A DNA stretch of 64,000 nucleotides from Spirochaetales bacterium. Its GTDB lineage: Bacteria > Spirochaetota > Spirochaetia > JABEVK01. Of the stretch, positions 1 to 8,645 are shown piece after piece. The position numbers were made by a program, and so were the translations under genes. Where the stretch lies: contig JBAXAI010000001.1 in assembly GCA_037142615.1 (NCBI GenBank), forward strand, positions 332,471 to 396,470. Reading direction: 5' to 3'. Within the stretch, counting starts at the first letter, position 1; every line of letters begins with the position of its first letter. The notes beneath the pieces were generated by a model that saw only the letters and a list, made by a program, of their open reading frames with translations, had not been told where the DNA came from and made no database searches.

Positions 1-272
1 TCGCCGGGCAGGTCGATGCGGGAGCCATCGACGAGGGGGCCATCAAGAAGGAAGAGGCCATCATCCTTTCGATGACGAAAAAAGAAAGGAAGAATCCGCT
101 CATCTTGGGCCCGGTCCGCCGCAAGCGGATCGCCAATGGCTCGGGAACCTCCATTTTTGATGTGAACCAGTTACTGAAGAAGTTCGAGAAGACCAAATTG
201 ATGATGAAAAAGGTCGCGCGGAACAAAGGCATGCAGAATCAGATGATGCAACAGTTCGGCGGCATGAAGTGA
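1..272 (+). CDS. ffh: Signal recognition particle protein Ffh, C-terminal (M-domain) fragment; gene starts upstream of window
   Basis: In-frame translation from nt 3 gives ...AIILSMTKKERKNPLILGPVRRKRIANGSGTSIFDVNQLLKKF..., the conserved Ffh C-terminus. Lies immediately upstream of rpsP as in most bacteria. Confidence 0.8.
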   Translation, partial: AGQVDAGAIDEGAIKKEEAIILSMTKKERKNPLILGPVRRKRIANGSGTSIFDVNQLLKKFEKTKLMMKKVARNKGMQNQMMQQFGGMK

Positions 273-285
273 ACAAGGAGGAACG

Positions 286-534
286 ATGAGCGTTTCCATT
301 CGCCTGAAGAGATTCGGCGCCAAGAAGCGTCCCTATTACCGGATCGTGGTAACCAATTCCACAGCTCCGCGGGACGGAAAGACCATTGAGGAAGTAGGCT
401 ACTACCACCCGGTGGAAAAAGAAGGTCAGGTCAGTTTCAAGGCCGACCGGATCCGGGAATGGCTTTCCAAGGGTGCGCAGTTGTCACCGACGGTCAAGAG
501 CCTTCTCAACAAGAGCCAGTTCTTTCTCTCCTGA
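286..534 (+). CDS. rpsP: 30S ribosomal protein S16
   Basis: MSVSIRLKRFGAKKRPYYRIVVTNS...GYYHP is a classic S16 N-terminus. RBS AAGGAGG lies upstream. Confidence 0.9.
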   Translation: MSVSIRLKRFGAKKRPYYRIVVTNSTAPRDGKTIEEVGYYHPVEKEGQVSFKADRIREWLSKGAQLSPTVKSLLNKSQFFLS

Positions 535-562
535 GGAAAGATTCCGGTAAGGGAGATTTCAA

Positions 563-796
563 GTGGAAAAAGACCTGGTGGAGTACATTGCCAAGACACT
601 GGTAGACGAACCTTCCGAAGTGGTTGTCAATCAGATCGAAGGCGAAAAGTCAACGATTCTCGAACTCCGTGTTGCAGCGGACGACCTTGGCAAAGTGATC
701 GGTAAGCATGGCCGGATTGCCAAAGCCATCCGCACCGTCCTGAGCGCGTCGTCGACCCGTACCGGGAAGCGCTTCGTGCTCGAGATTCTGGACTGA
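563..796 (+). CDS. KH-domain RNA-binding protein (YlqC family)
   Basis: 77 aa with a GKVIGKHGRIAKAIR KH motif. GTG start. Sits at the conserved position between rpsP and rimM. Confidence 0.75.
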   Translation: MEKDLVEYIAKTLVDEPSEVVVNQIEGEKSTILELRVAADDLGKVIGKHGRIAKAIRTVLSASSTRTGKRFVLEILD

Positions 797-811
797 GGGT
801 TCTGAAAGCCC

Positions 812-1321
812 ATGGTACCTGAGGACTTTGTCGCCATCGGAAAGATTCGAACCGCTCACGGTCTGCTGGGTGAGGTCAAACTCGTCAGCTACTCCGGCGA
901 ATGGAAGCACTTTGAACGTCTGACCGAAGCGTTGGCGGTCAAAGGCGCGGTGGAGCGGACGCTGCTGGTAGAGTCCAGTCGCTGGGCCGGCGACAACTTG
1001 CTGATGAAGTTCCGGGGGATCGAACAACCCGAGGAAGCCAAGAGGCTGGCCGATTTGGAGCTCTGGGTTCCTAAGAACTTGGCGGCACCCTTGGCGCCAG
1101 GCGAGGTTTACCTCAAGGACCTGATCGGTTGCCAGTTGGTATTTGAGGGTAGGTCCGTCGCGACCGTCACCAGTTATCTGGAAGGCGGGCATACGGAACT
1201 GCTAGAAGTGGAAAAGTCCGAGGGGGGTGCCGCCGTGGTGCCCTACGCGGACCGGTATTTGGGAAACATCGACTTGACCGGTCGGACAATCGAACTCAAG
1301 GTGGACTGGATCCTGGAATGA
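812..1321 (+). CDS. rimM: 16S rRNA processing protein RimM
   Basis: AIGKIRTAHGLLGEVKLVSYSG... is a RimM-like N-terminus plus PRC barrel. Conserved position before trmD. Confidence 0.8.
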   Translation: MVPEDFVAIGKIRTAHGLLGEVKLVSYSGEWKHFERLTEALAVKGAVERTLLVESSRWAGDNLLMKFRGIEQPEEAKRLADLELWVPKNLAAPLAPGEVYLKDLIGCQLVFEGRSVATVTSYLEGGHTELLEVEKSEGGAAVVPYADRYLGNIDLTGRTIELKVDWILE

Positions 1322-1331
1322 GGACCACCCC

Positions 1332-2000
1332 GTGAAGTTTACCGTCCTGAGTCTGTTTCCCGAGATCTTGGAAGGCTTTTTTCAGTCCTCACTGATGAAA
1401 AAGGCCGTGGAAAGAGGTTTGGTTGCCATCGAGTTCGTGAATATCCGTGACTTTGCCACGGACAAACACCGAACGTGCGATGACATCCCTTATGGTGGTG
1501 GCGCAGGTATGGTTCTGAAACCGGAACCTCTGGCAAGAGCCCTGGATTCTGTGGGGGCTGGCCAGAAAAGAACCCTCTATCCGACACCGTCCGGACGTCT
1601 GTTCAAGCAGGCGACCGCTCAGGAACTGGCTGCGGAAGAAGAACTCGTCTTCATCTGTGGCCGGTATGAAGGAATTGACCAGAGAATCATTGACGAATAT
1701 GTCGATGACGAAATTTCTTTGGGGGACTATGTGATGTCTTCCGGAGAGATCGCGACTTTGGTTATCATCGATGCGGTGTACAGGTTGCGTGAAGGGGTTA
1801 TCAAGGCGCATTCGCTAGAGGAAGAGAGTTTCTCTGGCGGGTTCCTTCTTGAGTATCCGCAATACACGCGGCCGGAGTTGTTCCGCGAGCGGACGGTTCC
1901 TGAGGTGCTTCTTTCGGGGCACCACAAGAACATTTTGCAGTGGCGCAGTACACAGAGCCTCGAAAAAACAAAACGTTTGCGACCCGACTTGTTGGGTTGA
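1332..2000 (+). CDS. trmD: tRNA (guanine37-N1)-methyltransferase
   Basis: [12 protein letters not shown]...[17 protein letters not shown]...[13 protein letters not shown] are TrmD signature blocks. Confidence 0.9.
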   Translation: MKFTVLSLFPEILEGFFQSSLMKKAVERGLVAIEFVNIRDFATDKHRTCDDIPYGGGAGMVLKPEPLARALDSVGAGQKRTLYPTPSGRLFKQATAQELAAEEELVFICGRYEGIDQRIIDEYVDDEISLGDYVMSSGEIATLVIIDAVYRLREGVIKAHSLEEESFSGGFLLEYPQYTRPELFRERTVPEVLLSGHHKNILQWRSTQSLEKTKRLRPDLLG

Positions 2001-2032
2001 TGTGTGACACAGAGACTGCAGAGGAGGATGAC

Positions 2033-2392
2033 ATGGACATCATCAAGGCGCTGGAATCAAGCCAGTTGCGCGAACTGACCCCTTTTTCCATCGGGGACCT
2101 GATCAAGGTGCATTTTAAGATTGTCGAAGGCAAGACTGAGCGAGTGCAGGTGTACGAAGGCACCGTCATTGCCATGAACCATGGGGGGGTCCGCAAGACT
2201 TTCACCGTGCGGAAAATTTCGTTCGGCGTGGGCGTGGAGCGTGTGTTCCCCTACCACTCACCCCGGATCGACATGGTTGAGCTTGTTCGTCCCGGGCGAG
2301 TCCGCCGTGCCAAGCTGTACTACCTGCGTGAACGCGTCGGTAAGTCGGCCAAGGTAAAGGAACTGATCAAGAAAAAGGTCGTCGCAGAATAG
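2033..2392 (+). CDS. rplS: 50S ribosomal protein L19
   Basis: MDIIKALE...[30 protein letters not shown]...[18 protein letters not shown] is L19. Internal ATG at 2033 chosen because it is preceded by GAGGAGGA; the ORF-track start at 1940 overlaps trmD. Confidence 0.9.
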   Translation: MDIIKALESSQLRELTPFSIGDLIKVHFKIVEGKTERVQVYEGTVIAMNHGGVRKTFTVRKISFGVGVERVFPYHSPRIDMVELVRPGRVRRAKLYYLRERVGKSAKVKELIKKKVVAE

Positions 2393-2405
2393 AGTCGCGA
2401 GCATC

Positions 2406-3302
2406 GTGAACGAAGTTTCCGGTGTGATTTCCGTCCCCCTGGCCCCCGGTTCTCCGCGGATTCAGGGGGACGTTCTTTTGGTAAAAGTTCTTGTCCGCTT
2501 GGGCCACGATACGTGGCGAGTTGAACAGGGGTCTCTCCAACTCACCATCAAGACCTCCTCAGACCTGGTTCCCGGACAGCAGGTCAAGCTTCGTCTGGTT
2601 GGGCTCGGCTCCAGGCCGATATTGTCTGAACCGGCACTTCCATTCGGCCAGCCTCACTTAGGTGCCGCGACAGCAACGTTTGTCGCCCAGGGACTGACCT
2701 TGCTGCCAGAAAGGCTCAGGGCACTTGAACGATGGTGGAAAACCACGTCCTGGGTACCCGGCCCGGAAAGTGATACGTGGGGAAGGGCCTGGGAATCCCG
2801 CCGATGGCCCGAGAATGGGCCCGGTAGTGACAATCTCTTGTCGTGGATCGTCTGGGAACAAAACCTGCTTCGTGGTCAGGCAGAACCCCCACCTTCTCAG
2901 GACGGCTTCTGGGAACTCTGGAACAGCGTTCCTACTGTGGGTTCCCAACGCTGGGTTACCTGCCCATTCCAGTGGAGCATCGGGACCGACACCGGATGGG
3001 CCCTTCTGAAAGCCGCCATTGAACCATGGCGCTCAGAGATCCACTACTGGACCGTCGTGGCTGCTCCTGCCCATCACCCGGTTCGCCTTTCCGCGCGGAA
3101 GCAGAACCCTGGCTGGATCGTGCAACTTCAACTCTTGGGTTTAGAAGATTACCAGAAGGCGGTTTCCAGCTGGCGCGATTGGACGAAAGGAATCCTCGCC
3201 GAGTCGCCGGAATTGTCTCTCGAGCTCGCCGGCCCAACAACGCCGACCTTGGCAGCAGAGGTTGTCTTTAGGCAAACGGGTGGTGTCGATGAAGTCCGAT
3301 GA
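2406..3302 (+). CDS. Hypothetical Trp-rich protein at the position occupied by ylqG in Bacillus; possible FliK-like hook-length domain at the N-terminus
   Basis: 298-aa ORF with a GTG start directly after rplS. The N-terminal block DVLLVKVLVRLGHDTWRVEQGSLQLTIK...VKLRLVG resembles Flg_hook-type segments. No other recognisable family. Confidence 0.45.
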   Translation: MNEVSGVISVPLAPGSPRIQGDVLLVKVLVRLGHDTWRVEQGSLQLTIKTSSDLVPGQQVKLRLVGLGSRPILSEPALPFGQPHLGAATATFVAQGLTLLPERLRALERWWKTTSWVPGPESDTWGRAWESRRWPENGPGSDNLLSWIVWEQNLLRGQAEPPPSQDGFWELWNSVPTVGSQRWVTCPFQWSIGTDTGWALLKAAIEPWRSEIHYWTVVAAPAHHPVRLSARKQNPGWIVQLQLLGLEDYQKAVSSWRDWTKGILAESPELSLELAGPTTPTLAAEVVFRQTGGVDEVR

Positions 3303-3549
3303 GCTAGTAGTAGGCGTCAAGTACATTCCATCGGAGCCGGCCCCACGGCTTCTGTTCCGGGCCAAGGGCGAGCAGGCGCGGCGGATTCTGCTCCTTGCCA
3401 AGGAGTTTGGCGTGCCCATACGTTCAGAGGAACAACTAACGCCCTTGCTGTACCAACTCCCCGAAGGATCATGGATTCCAGAACGGCACTTTGAAGTTCT
3501 TGCTCAACTGCTGGCGGCAGTCTATCATCTAAAGCAGTCTCCAAAATGA
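3262..3549 (+). CDS. Stand-alone FlhB/EscU C-terminal-domain-like protein (YlqH-like)
   Basis: 95 aa of ARRILLLAKEFGVPIRSEEQLTPLLYQLPEGSWIPERHFEVLAQLLAAVYHLK, resembling the FlhB cytoplasmic-domain family. Translationally coupled to neighbours. Confidence 0.6.
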   Translation: MSLGKRVVSMKSDELVVGVKYIPSEPAPRLLFRAKGEQARRILLLAKEFGVPIRSEEQLTPLLYQLPEGSWIPERHFEVLAQLLAAVYHLKQSPK

Positions 3550-4511
3550 ACCCACAAAAAAACCTCGGCAACAAGCCGTCGCTCAGCCACTGGGACTTCC
3601 CAGACGATGCTGCCTCAACAAAGACTTATCTCGCTGCTCTCGAACAACTCCAGAAGCTTTTCATCGATGTCCAGCGTGATGCCTTCAGCCTTTCCGAGTT
3701 TGAGAAGTTCGTAAACTCCCTCGTCTCGACATTTCAAAGTCAGTCCTGGGGGCTCTTCCGCGTTTTTCTGGACCAGAAGGTATTCCAGGCCTCAACCGCC
3801 TCGACCTGCCTCAATACGGCCTTGGTTTGCTTTCTTTTCGCACGCGCTAATGCGTGGAGCGGTGAAAACACCGGGCTTCTGGTACGGGCGGCTTTGCTTC
3901 ATGACATCGGAATGCTGTTTCTGCCCCCTTCCGTGCTCCTCAAGGAAGGCAAACTCAGCGAAAAAGAACGGGCAATCCTCGAGAGTCACCCCTCGGTTTC
4001 CTTCGAGCTCGTCAAGAAGTGGGGAGAAAGCTTCGAAGCTACCCAAGTAGCTCTGCAGCACCATGAAGAGTGGAATGGCACCGGCTATCCTTCCAAAGCG
4101 GTCGGTTCCAAGATTCACCCTTGGGCCGGCACCGTTGCTGTCTGCTTGAACTTCGTGGCCCGCGTCACCCAACGAGGTTATCGAAACAGCGTAGTCGGCT
4201 ACGAGGCCGTCAAGAAGTTGATACAGGATCAGAATGTCCGTTTTCAACCCTCGATCGTGAAGGACTTCGTCAAGACTACGGGACTGTACCCGCCGGGAAG
4301 TATCCTCCTTCTTAGCGACGGGAGCATCGCCCGGGTCATCGCACTGACGCACACGAACGTCATGCGACCGCAGATCCGGATCTTGATTGACCACTTCGGA
4401 AGTCCGTTCCGAGACGACCGCGGGCCCTTGTTCGAATTGTCAGAAGCCCCGAAACTCTTCATCGCTCGACCTGTCAACCTGGAAGACCTGTTCCCCAAAG
4501 ATGTCAACTAA
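3546..4511 (+). CDS. HD-GYP domain phosphohydrolase (putative c-di-GMP phosphodiesterase)
   Basis: LLHDIGMLFLP (HD motif) and later HHEEWNGTGYP (GYP motif). 321 aa. Confidence 0.7.
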   Translation: MNPQKNLGNKPSLSHWDFPDDAASTKTYLAALEQLQKLFIDVQRDAFSLSEFEKFVNSLVSTFQSQSWGLFRVFLDQKVFQASTASTCLNTALVCFLFARANAWSGENTGLLVRAALLHDIGMLFLPPSVLLKEGKLSEKERAILESHPSVSFELVKKWGESFEATQVALQHHEEWNGTGYPSKAVGSKIHPWAGTVAVCLNFVARVTQRGYRNSVVGYEAVKKLIQDQNVRFQPSIVKDFVKTTGLYPPGSILLLSDGSIARVIALTHTNVMRPQIRILIDHFGSPFRDDRGPLFELSEAPKLFIARPVNLEDLFPKDVN

Positions 4512-4863
4512 AAAGGACGGAGACCTAGGCGAAGATACTGTTGCGCTCTGGTTGTCTTCGCAGGGATACCACATCATCAAAAGAAACCTCAGGTGTCCCG
4601 AGGGAGAGGTCGATATAATAGTGTACAGGGACGCATGTGTTGCCTTCGTCGAGGTAAAAGCCTGGAAGAAGTTCGGCATTGAGTCACTGGGACTCTCAAT
4701 CCATTCAGGAAAAAGGAGAAACATCATCCGAACAGCCAGATTTTTCCTTCGTCAGTACCCGGAATGGAAGCAGTTCCGTCCTCGTTTCGACGTGGCCTTC
4801 ATTGCCGCCGACAACAGCATCCATCATTTTCCAGATGCTTTTACGGAAGCAGGCTTCCAATGA
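4501..4863 (+). CDS. yraN: YraN-family (UPF0102) PD-(D/E)xK endonuclease-like protein
   Basis: GEDTVALWLSSQGYHIIKRNLRCPEGEVDIIVYRD...VAFVEVKAWK matches UPF0102. Start set to the internal ATG at 4501, giving an 11-nt overlap with the upstream gene instead of 125 nt. Confidence 0.7.
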   Translation: MSTKKDGDLGEDTVALWLSSQGYHIIKRNLRCPEGEVDIIVYRDACVAFVEVKAWKKFGIESLGLSIHSGKRRNIIRTARFFLRQYPEWKQFRPRFDVAFIAADNSIHHFPDAFTEAGFQ

Positions 4864-5015
4864 GCACCGACAACAAACCGGATGCCGAACGAATCCTTGA
4901 ACTTCGGAGAAAAATCCGTGAAGAGGAATATCTCAGCAAGGCCATCCAAGAAATGGCTTTGTTGTTGACAGAGAGCATCAATCGGAGTCATTTTCTACTT
5001 CATGAAAGAAAATAA
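4860..5015 (+). CDS. Small hypothetical protein (51 aa, helical)
   Basis: ATG at 4860 overlaps the yraN stop (ATGA). Translation is MSTDNKPDAERILELRRKIREEEYLSKAIQEMALLLTESINRSHFLLHERK. Identified only as an ORF in operon context. Confidence 0.3.
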   Translation: MSTDNKPDAERILELRRKIREEEYLSKAIQEMALLLTESINRSHFLLHERK

Positions 5016-5373
5016 TCAGGAACGCCGCGGTTCCCGTGGTCGACGTCGCTTTCGTCACGACCACGAAAGTCCACGGGTGGTGATTCCGCCCCAGGATTGT
5101 GCGGTTTGCGGCACTCCTATCGCTGAAATGGCCAGCGCTGTGGCGTGGAGCACCGAGAAACGACCTGCTCACTTTGACTGTGTCCTCCAAGAACTGACCA
5201 AGCGAGAAACTTTGGTCGATGCTGAGAAGATCGCCTACCTTGGTTCTGGCATGTTCGGCGTCATTGTGGAAAAAGAAAATAGCCGATTTGAGGTTCACCG
5301 GAAGATCATGGTGGATGATCCTGCGAGTGCGCCCGAATGGCGTCGGGAAATACGAACACTCTACAAAAGGTAG
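5002..5373 (+). CDS. Hypothetical protein with a CxxC...HxxC putative zinc-binding motif
   Basis: 123 aa containing DCAVCGTPI...PAHFDCV, with a basic N-terminus. Followed by a bidirectional terminator. Confidence 0.4.
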   Translation: MKENNQERRGSRGRRRFRHDHESPRVVIPPQDCAVCGTPIAEMASAVAWSTEKRPAHFDCVLQELTKRETLVDAEKIAYLGSGMFGVIVEKENSRFEVHRKIMVDDPASAPEWRREIRTLYKR

Positions 5374-5390
5374 TGAAATGGCTCCGGCGC

Positions 5391-5426
5391 AAAAAAAAAC
5401 TGACCCAGTTCGGGTCAGTTTTTTTT
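5391..5426. terminator. Bidirectional rho-independent terminator between convergent genes
   Basis: A9 - CTGACCC - AGTTC - GGGTCAG - T8. Perfect 7-bp GC-rich stem flanked by an A-tract and a T-tract. Confidence 0.65.
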
Positions 5427-5438
5427 GCACTCGCTAAC

Positions 5439-6143
5439 TCAGTATTTCGTGAAGGCGGCCAAAACCGACTCTGCTTTCTTGCGAACGGGCGTAATGTAGT
5501 TGCCGTTCTGGATCTTGATCAGGGCGGCGAACACTTCCTGGCTGACTCTCCCATTGTTCTTCTTGCCGAGCATCTCCAGCGAGGACACTGCGGCAAAAGC
5601 GAAATTGCTGTCTGGGCGGATCGCGTCTTGAGATTTGACAAGGTTGGTGATGACACTTTCCACACGAGCCGACTGGTCACCGCCTCCGATGAGGCCCAGA
5701 GAGTACACCGCCTCAGAAATCACCATGGGTTCAGGATCCTTGATCGCCATGTTGAGCAAAACTTCGCGCGCCTTGTCCCCACCTATTTGCCCTAGAAGTT
5801 CTGCGGCCTGCCGCCGAACTTCGGGATAGTCATTGATCACACGGCCGTTTTGGCGGATTTCACTTGTGGTGCCTTCGCCGCCAAGTTGATCCAAGAGTAC
5901 GATCACATCCACGCTCTTGTCGTTGACTTTGCCCGTCTCTACCATTTTGGCGATGAAATCGAGCGCCTTGATCTTCTCGCTGCGCCCCTGCTCGTTAACC
6001 AAGCTACGAACGACCTGAACTTCCACGCTGCTCTGCAGATAGACGTCCTCCACGGTCTTCGGTCCGGCCTTGTCTGTCGATTGCGCGAAAAGAAAGACGG
6101 GAGCCATCAACAGCCCATAAAGGAGGGGCAAAGACTTCTTCAT
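5439..6143 (-). CDS. Secreted HEAT/PBS-lyase-like repeat protein
   Basis: N-terminal signal peptide MKKSLPLLYGLLMAPVFLFAQS. Repeated helical motifs of the HEAT type (...AAELLGQIGGDKA..., ...AVYSLGLIGGGD...). Confidence 0.55.
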   Translation of the reverse strand: MKKSLPLLYGLLMAPVFLFAQSTDKAGPKTVEDVYLQSSVEVQVVRSLVNEQGRSEKIKALDFIAKMVETGKVNDKSVDVIVLLDQLGGEGTTSEIRQNGRVINDYPEVRRQAAELLGQIGGDKAREVLLNMAIKDPEPMVISEAVYSLGLIGGGDQSARVESVITNLVKSQDAIRPDSNFAFAAVSSLEMLGKKNNGRVSQEVFAALIKIQNGNYITPVRKKAESVLAAFTKY

Positions 6144-6159
6144 ACGTTCTCCTTGTTGC

Positions 6160-6777
6160 TTACCAAAATGATATCTTCCATTCTTTTCCGTACAATTTCA
6201 ACTGGTAAAGTAGAATTTTCTGGTTTTTTATGAGTGTATACGCCTCTACACGCTCTTCGTCCACGAACCGAATCTCGTCGACCATGACCTTGGAGCGACT
6301 GGGCACCACGACCCATTCGAAGTAGTCCTTCAGGGTCTTGAGGCGGATGGAATACTGTTTGAGCACGGCACTGTCGTTGGAAACCGCCTTCAGAAACACC
6401 GCGTCACTGTATTTCTTGAGGTAGGTGGAATCAAGGTGATTCTTCCATTCCTCGATATCCTTGCTGCTGATGGTGGCGTTGAGCCTATCGACAAGGTCGC
6501 GAATCTCCTTCAGGGAGGTGGTGTATTTCTCTTCTGAAACCTGAAACACATCGGAGGCGGGTGGGCTGGGCGGTATCACTTCAGGAATCGGCTCAGGGAC
6601 TGCGGTTACTACCGGTTCAACTACGACTACCGGTTCAACCGGTGGAGTCTCGACGACGGGGATCGCTTCCACCACAGGCTCAACTGAAGGAACAGGCGAC
6701 GGAGCGACAGGAGTTGAAACACAGGATACCGCCAACAGTCCGGAGGCCAAAAGGCAACAAAAGACCTTGGTACGCAT
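6160..6777 (-). CDS. Proline/valine-rich lipoprotein, hypothetical
   Basis: MRTKVFCCLLASGLLAVSC lipobox, followed by low-complexity PVxEPVV repeats and then a globular C-terminal domain. Confidence 0.5.
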   Translation of the reverse strand: MRTKVFCCLLASGLLAVSCVSTPVAPSPVPSVEPVVEAIPVVETPPVEPVVVVEPVVTAVPEPIPEVIPPSPPASDVFQVSEEKYTTSLKEIRDLVDRLNATISSKDIEEWKNHLDSTYLKKYSDAVFLKAVSNDSAVLKQYSIRLKTLKDYFEWVVVPSRSKVMVDEIRFVDEERVEAYTLIKNQKILLYQLKLYGKEWKISFW

Positions 6778-6857
6778 AGAGTCATACTAGGTTCTGGCGG
6801 CCTCTTTGTCAAAATGTTTCTTGACCTTATCCCGGTTCCAAGTTTAGGGTATGCGAC

Positions 6858-7346
6858 ATGCAAGCTGTGTTCCCAGGCACTTTCGACCCACCAACGAACG
6901 GCCACCTCAATTTGATCGAACGCTCGAGTCGGCTCATGGAGCGGCTCCTTGTCGTGGTTTCCGACAATTCCCAAAAAAACTGCCTGTTTTCGCCAGAACA
7001 GCGTCGTCAGTTTCTCGTAGAAATGACCCGGCACCTGCCGAATGTCGAGGTCTACGTCTGGGACAAACTCATCGTGGACTTCGCGAGCCAGCACGGCATC
7101 CGCACCATACTTCGAGGGGTACGGGCCTTTACCGACTTTGGCTACGAGTTTGAGCTCAGCATGGTCAACAAGGGCATCAACAGCCAGATCGAAACCTTCC
7201 TGATGCCAACCGATCCGCGTTACTTTGTCCTTCGTTCTTCAGCTATCAAGGAACTCGTGCGTTTGGATTGCGACGTATCAACCATGGTTCCCCCGGTGGT
7301 CGAGGCCGCTCTGAAAGAGAAGCACGCTCGTGGGGAGCTCGGCTGA
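6858..7346 (+). CDS. coaD: Phosphopantetheine adenylyltransferase
   Basis: MQAVFPGTFDPPTNGHLNLIERS is the canonical PPAT N-terminus (T/HxGH nucleotidyltransferase motif). Confidence 0.85.
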   Translation: MQAVFPGTFDPPTNGHLNLIERSSRLMERLLVVVSDNSQKNCLFSPEQRRQFLVEMTRHLPNVEVYVWDKLIVDFASQHGIRTILRGVRAFTDFGYEFELSMVNKGINSQIETFLMPTDPRYFVLRSSAIKELVRLDCDVSTMVPPVVEAALKEKHARGELG

Positions 7347-7362
7347 GAAGATCTCTTTCAAC

Positions 7363-7391
7363 TTGACACCCTATTGGAAATGGGATAAGTT
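7363..7391 (+). promoter_or_regulatory. Candidate sigma-70 promoter for rpmF-acpP-rnc
   Basis: TTGACA - 17 nt - TAAGTT, about 30 nt upstream of the rpmF start. Confidence 0.4.
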
Positions 7392-7421
7392 GATCCACGA
7401 AATTTTTCTGAGGGAAGGCGA

Positions 7422-7610
7422 ATGGCAACACCCAAGTTTAACACTTCCAAGCACCGAAGTCGCAAACGTCGATCGGCAAACATGAAGATCACGGTTCCGA
7501 ACCTGGTTTCCTGCGGCAACTGTGGAAACAAAGTTCTTCTGCATCGAGTATGCCCCAAGTGCGGTTTCTACCGCGGGAAGCAAGTTTTTGAACCCGAAGC
7601 AATGGCCTGA
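7422..7610 (+). CDS. rpmF: 50S ribosomal protein L32
   Basis: MATPKFNTSKHRSRKRRS...CGNCGNKVLLHRVCPKCGFY is L32 with its zinc ribbon. Confidence 0.85.
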   Translation: MATPKFNTSKHRSRKRRSANMKITVPNLVSCGNCGNKVLLHRVCPKCGFYRGKQVFEPEAMA

Positions 7611-7625
7611 GCAAAGGAGTGACCA

Positions 7626-7862
7626 ATGGACGAACTGTTTGAGAAACTGAAGAAGATCATTGTTGAGAAACTCGAAGTCGCCGAGAGCAAGGTAACCTTG
7701 GACAGCAAGATCCGCGAGGATCTCGGCGCTGACAGTCTGGATACCTATGAACTCCTCTACGCCATCGAAGAAGACATGGGAATTACTATTCCCGAGGACA
7801 AAGCTACCGAGTTTGAAAAGGTCGGTGATGTCCTGAACTATCTGCGCAGCCAACAGAAGTGA
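7626..7862 (+). CDS. acpP: Acyl carrier protein
   Basis: 78 aa with the LGADSLDTYELLYAIEEDMGI phosphopantetheine attachment motif (DSLD). Confidence 0.85.
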   Translation: MDELFEKLKKIIVEKLEVAESKVTLDSKIREDLGADSLDTYELLYAIEEDMGITIPEDKATEFEKVGDVLNYLRSQQK

Positions 7863-7868
7863 ACCTCG

Positions 7869-8645
7869 GTGGACGTGTTCGGTAAGCCGAAACCACCTCA
7901 AACTTCTGCACTGAACCCGGAAAGGAGACGGCAACTAGAGTTGTTTGTGTCGCTTTCCGGGGCCAGGTTCAAGAATCTGAGTATTCTGAACTTGGCACTC
8001 TCCCACCGTTCCTACGTCAATGAGGCCCAGGATTCCCGCGACAATAACGAGCGCTTGGAGTTTCTGGGCGATTCTGTCTTGGGGCTTGTCGTCAGTTCCT
8101 ACTTGGTGCAACACCTTCCAGACCGTCCCGAAGGTGAATTGGCGAAGATCAAATCCTTTGTTGTCTCGGAAGGTATTCTTTCCGTCTTGGCCAAAGCTTG
8201 GGGACTAGACTCTCTTCTCTTGATTGGAAAGGGCGAGGAGAACTCCGGCGGGCGAAACAAAAAGGCACTTCTGGCTGATGCCCTCGAGGCGGTCTTCGGT
8301 GCTTACTATCTCGACGCTGGTTTTGAAGAAGCCGAGAAGTTGGTGTTGGGGCTCCTGAAACCGCAGATTGCCCTTGTCTTGGAAGACCGCCATCAGAAAG
8401 ACTACAAAACTCTGTTGCAGGAATTGGTGCAGAAAGACTTTCGTACCTACCCCAAGTACACTTTGACCGACCGTGTCGGGCCGGATCATGACCGCACCTT
8501 CTATATGGATGTCAGCGTCGAGGGTCGGGTGCTTGGTAGCGGTTCCGGCAAAAACAAAAAAGAAGCCGAGCAAGTCGCGGCCGGGATTGCGTACGAAGCC
8601 ATCACTGGGACTTCAGGAACGAAAGAAGGGCCAAGCGTTCGTTGA
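7869..8645 (+). CDS. rnc: Ribonuclease III
   Basis: ALSHRSYVNEA...ERLEFLGDSVL is the RNase III signature. A C-terminal dsRBD (KNKKEAEQVAAGIAYEAI) is present. Confidence 0.85.
   Translation: MDVFGKPKPPQTSALNPERRRQLELFVSLSGARFKNLSILNLALSHRSYVNEAQDSRDNNERLEFLGDSVLGLVVSSYLVQHLPDRPEGELAKIKSFVVSEGILSVLAKAWGLDSLLLIGKGEENSGGRNKKALLADALEAVFGAYYLDAGFEEAEKLVLGLLKPQIALVLEDRHQKDYKTLLQELVQKDFRTYPKYTLTDRVGPDHDRTFYMDVSVEGRVLGSGSGKNKKEAEQVAAGIAYEAITGTSGTKEGPSVR

Noticed and set aside
650-1192. 180-aa minus-strand ORF (also 100-408, 1389-1811, 1801-2205, 3792-4394, 19427-20023, 22894-23418, 34625-35638, 41352-42170 and similar)
   Set aside because: All lie antisense to, or frame-shifted within, strongly supported conserved genes (rimM, trmD, rplS, HD-GYP, rpoD, mreB, rpsA and others). 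None has a recognisable motif. Treated as spurious high-GC ORFs.
4501-4863. YraN as a possible restriction/defence endonuclease
   Set aside because: The UPF0102/YraN family is a widely conserved housekeeping family. There is no methyltransferase, helicase or other defence partner nearby.
6160-6240. AT-rich patch suggestive of foreign DNA or a regulatory island
   Set aside because: It falls inside the 3' coding end of the Pro-rich lipoprotein gene and is short. There are no flanking mobile-element genes, integrase or tRNA-adjacent att-like repeats.
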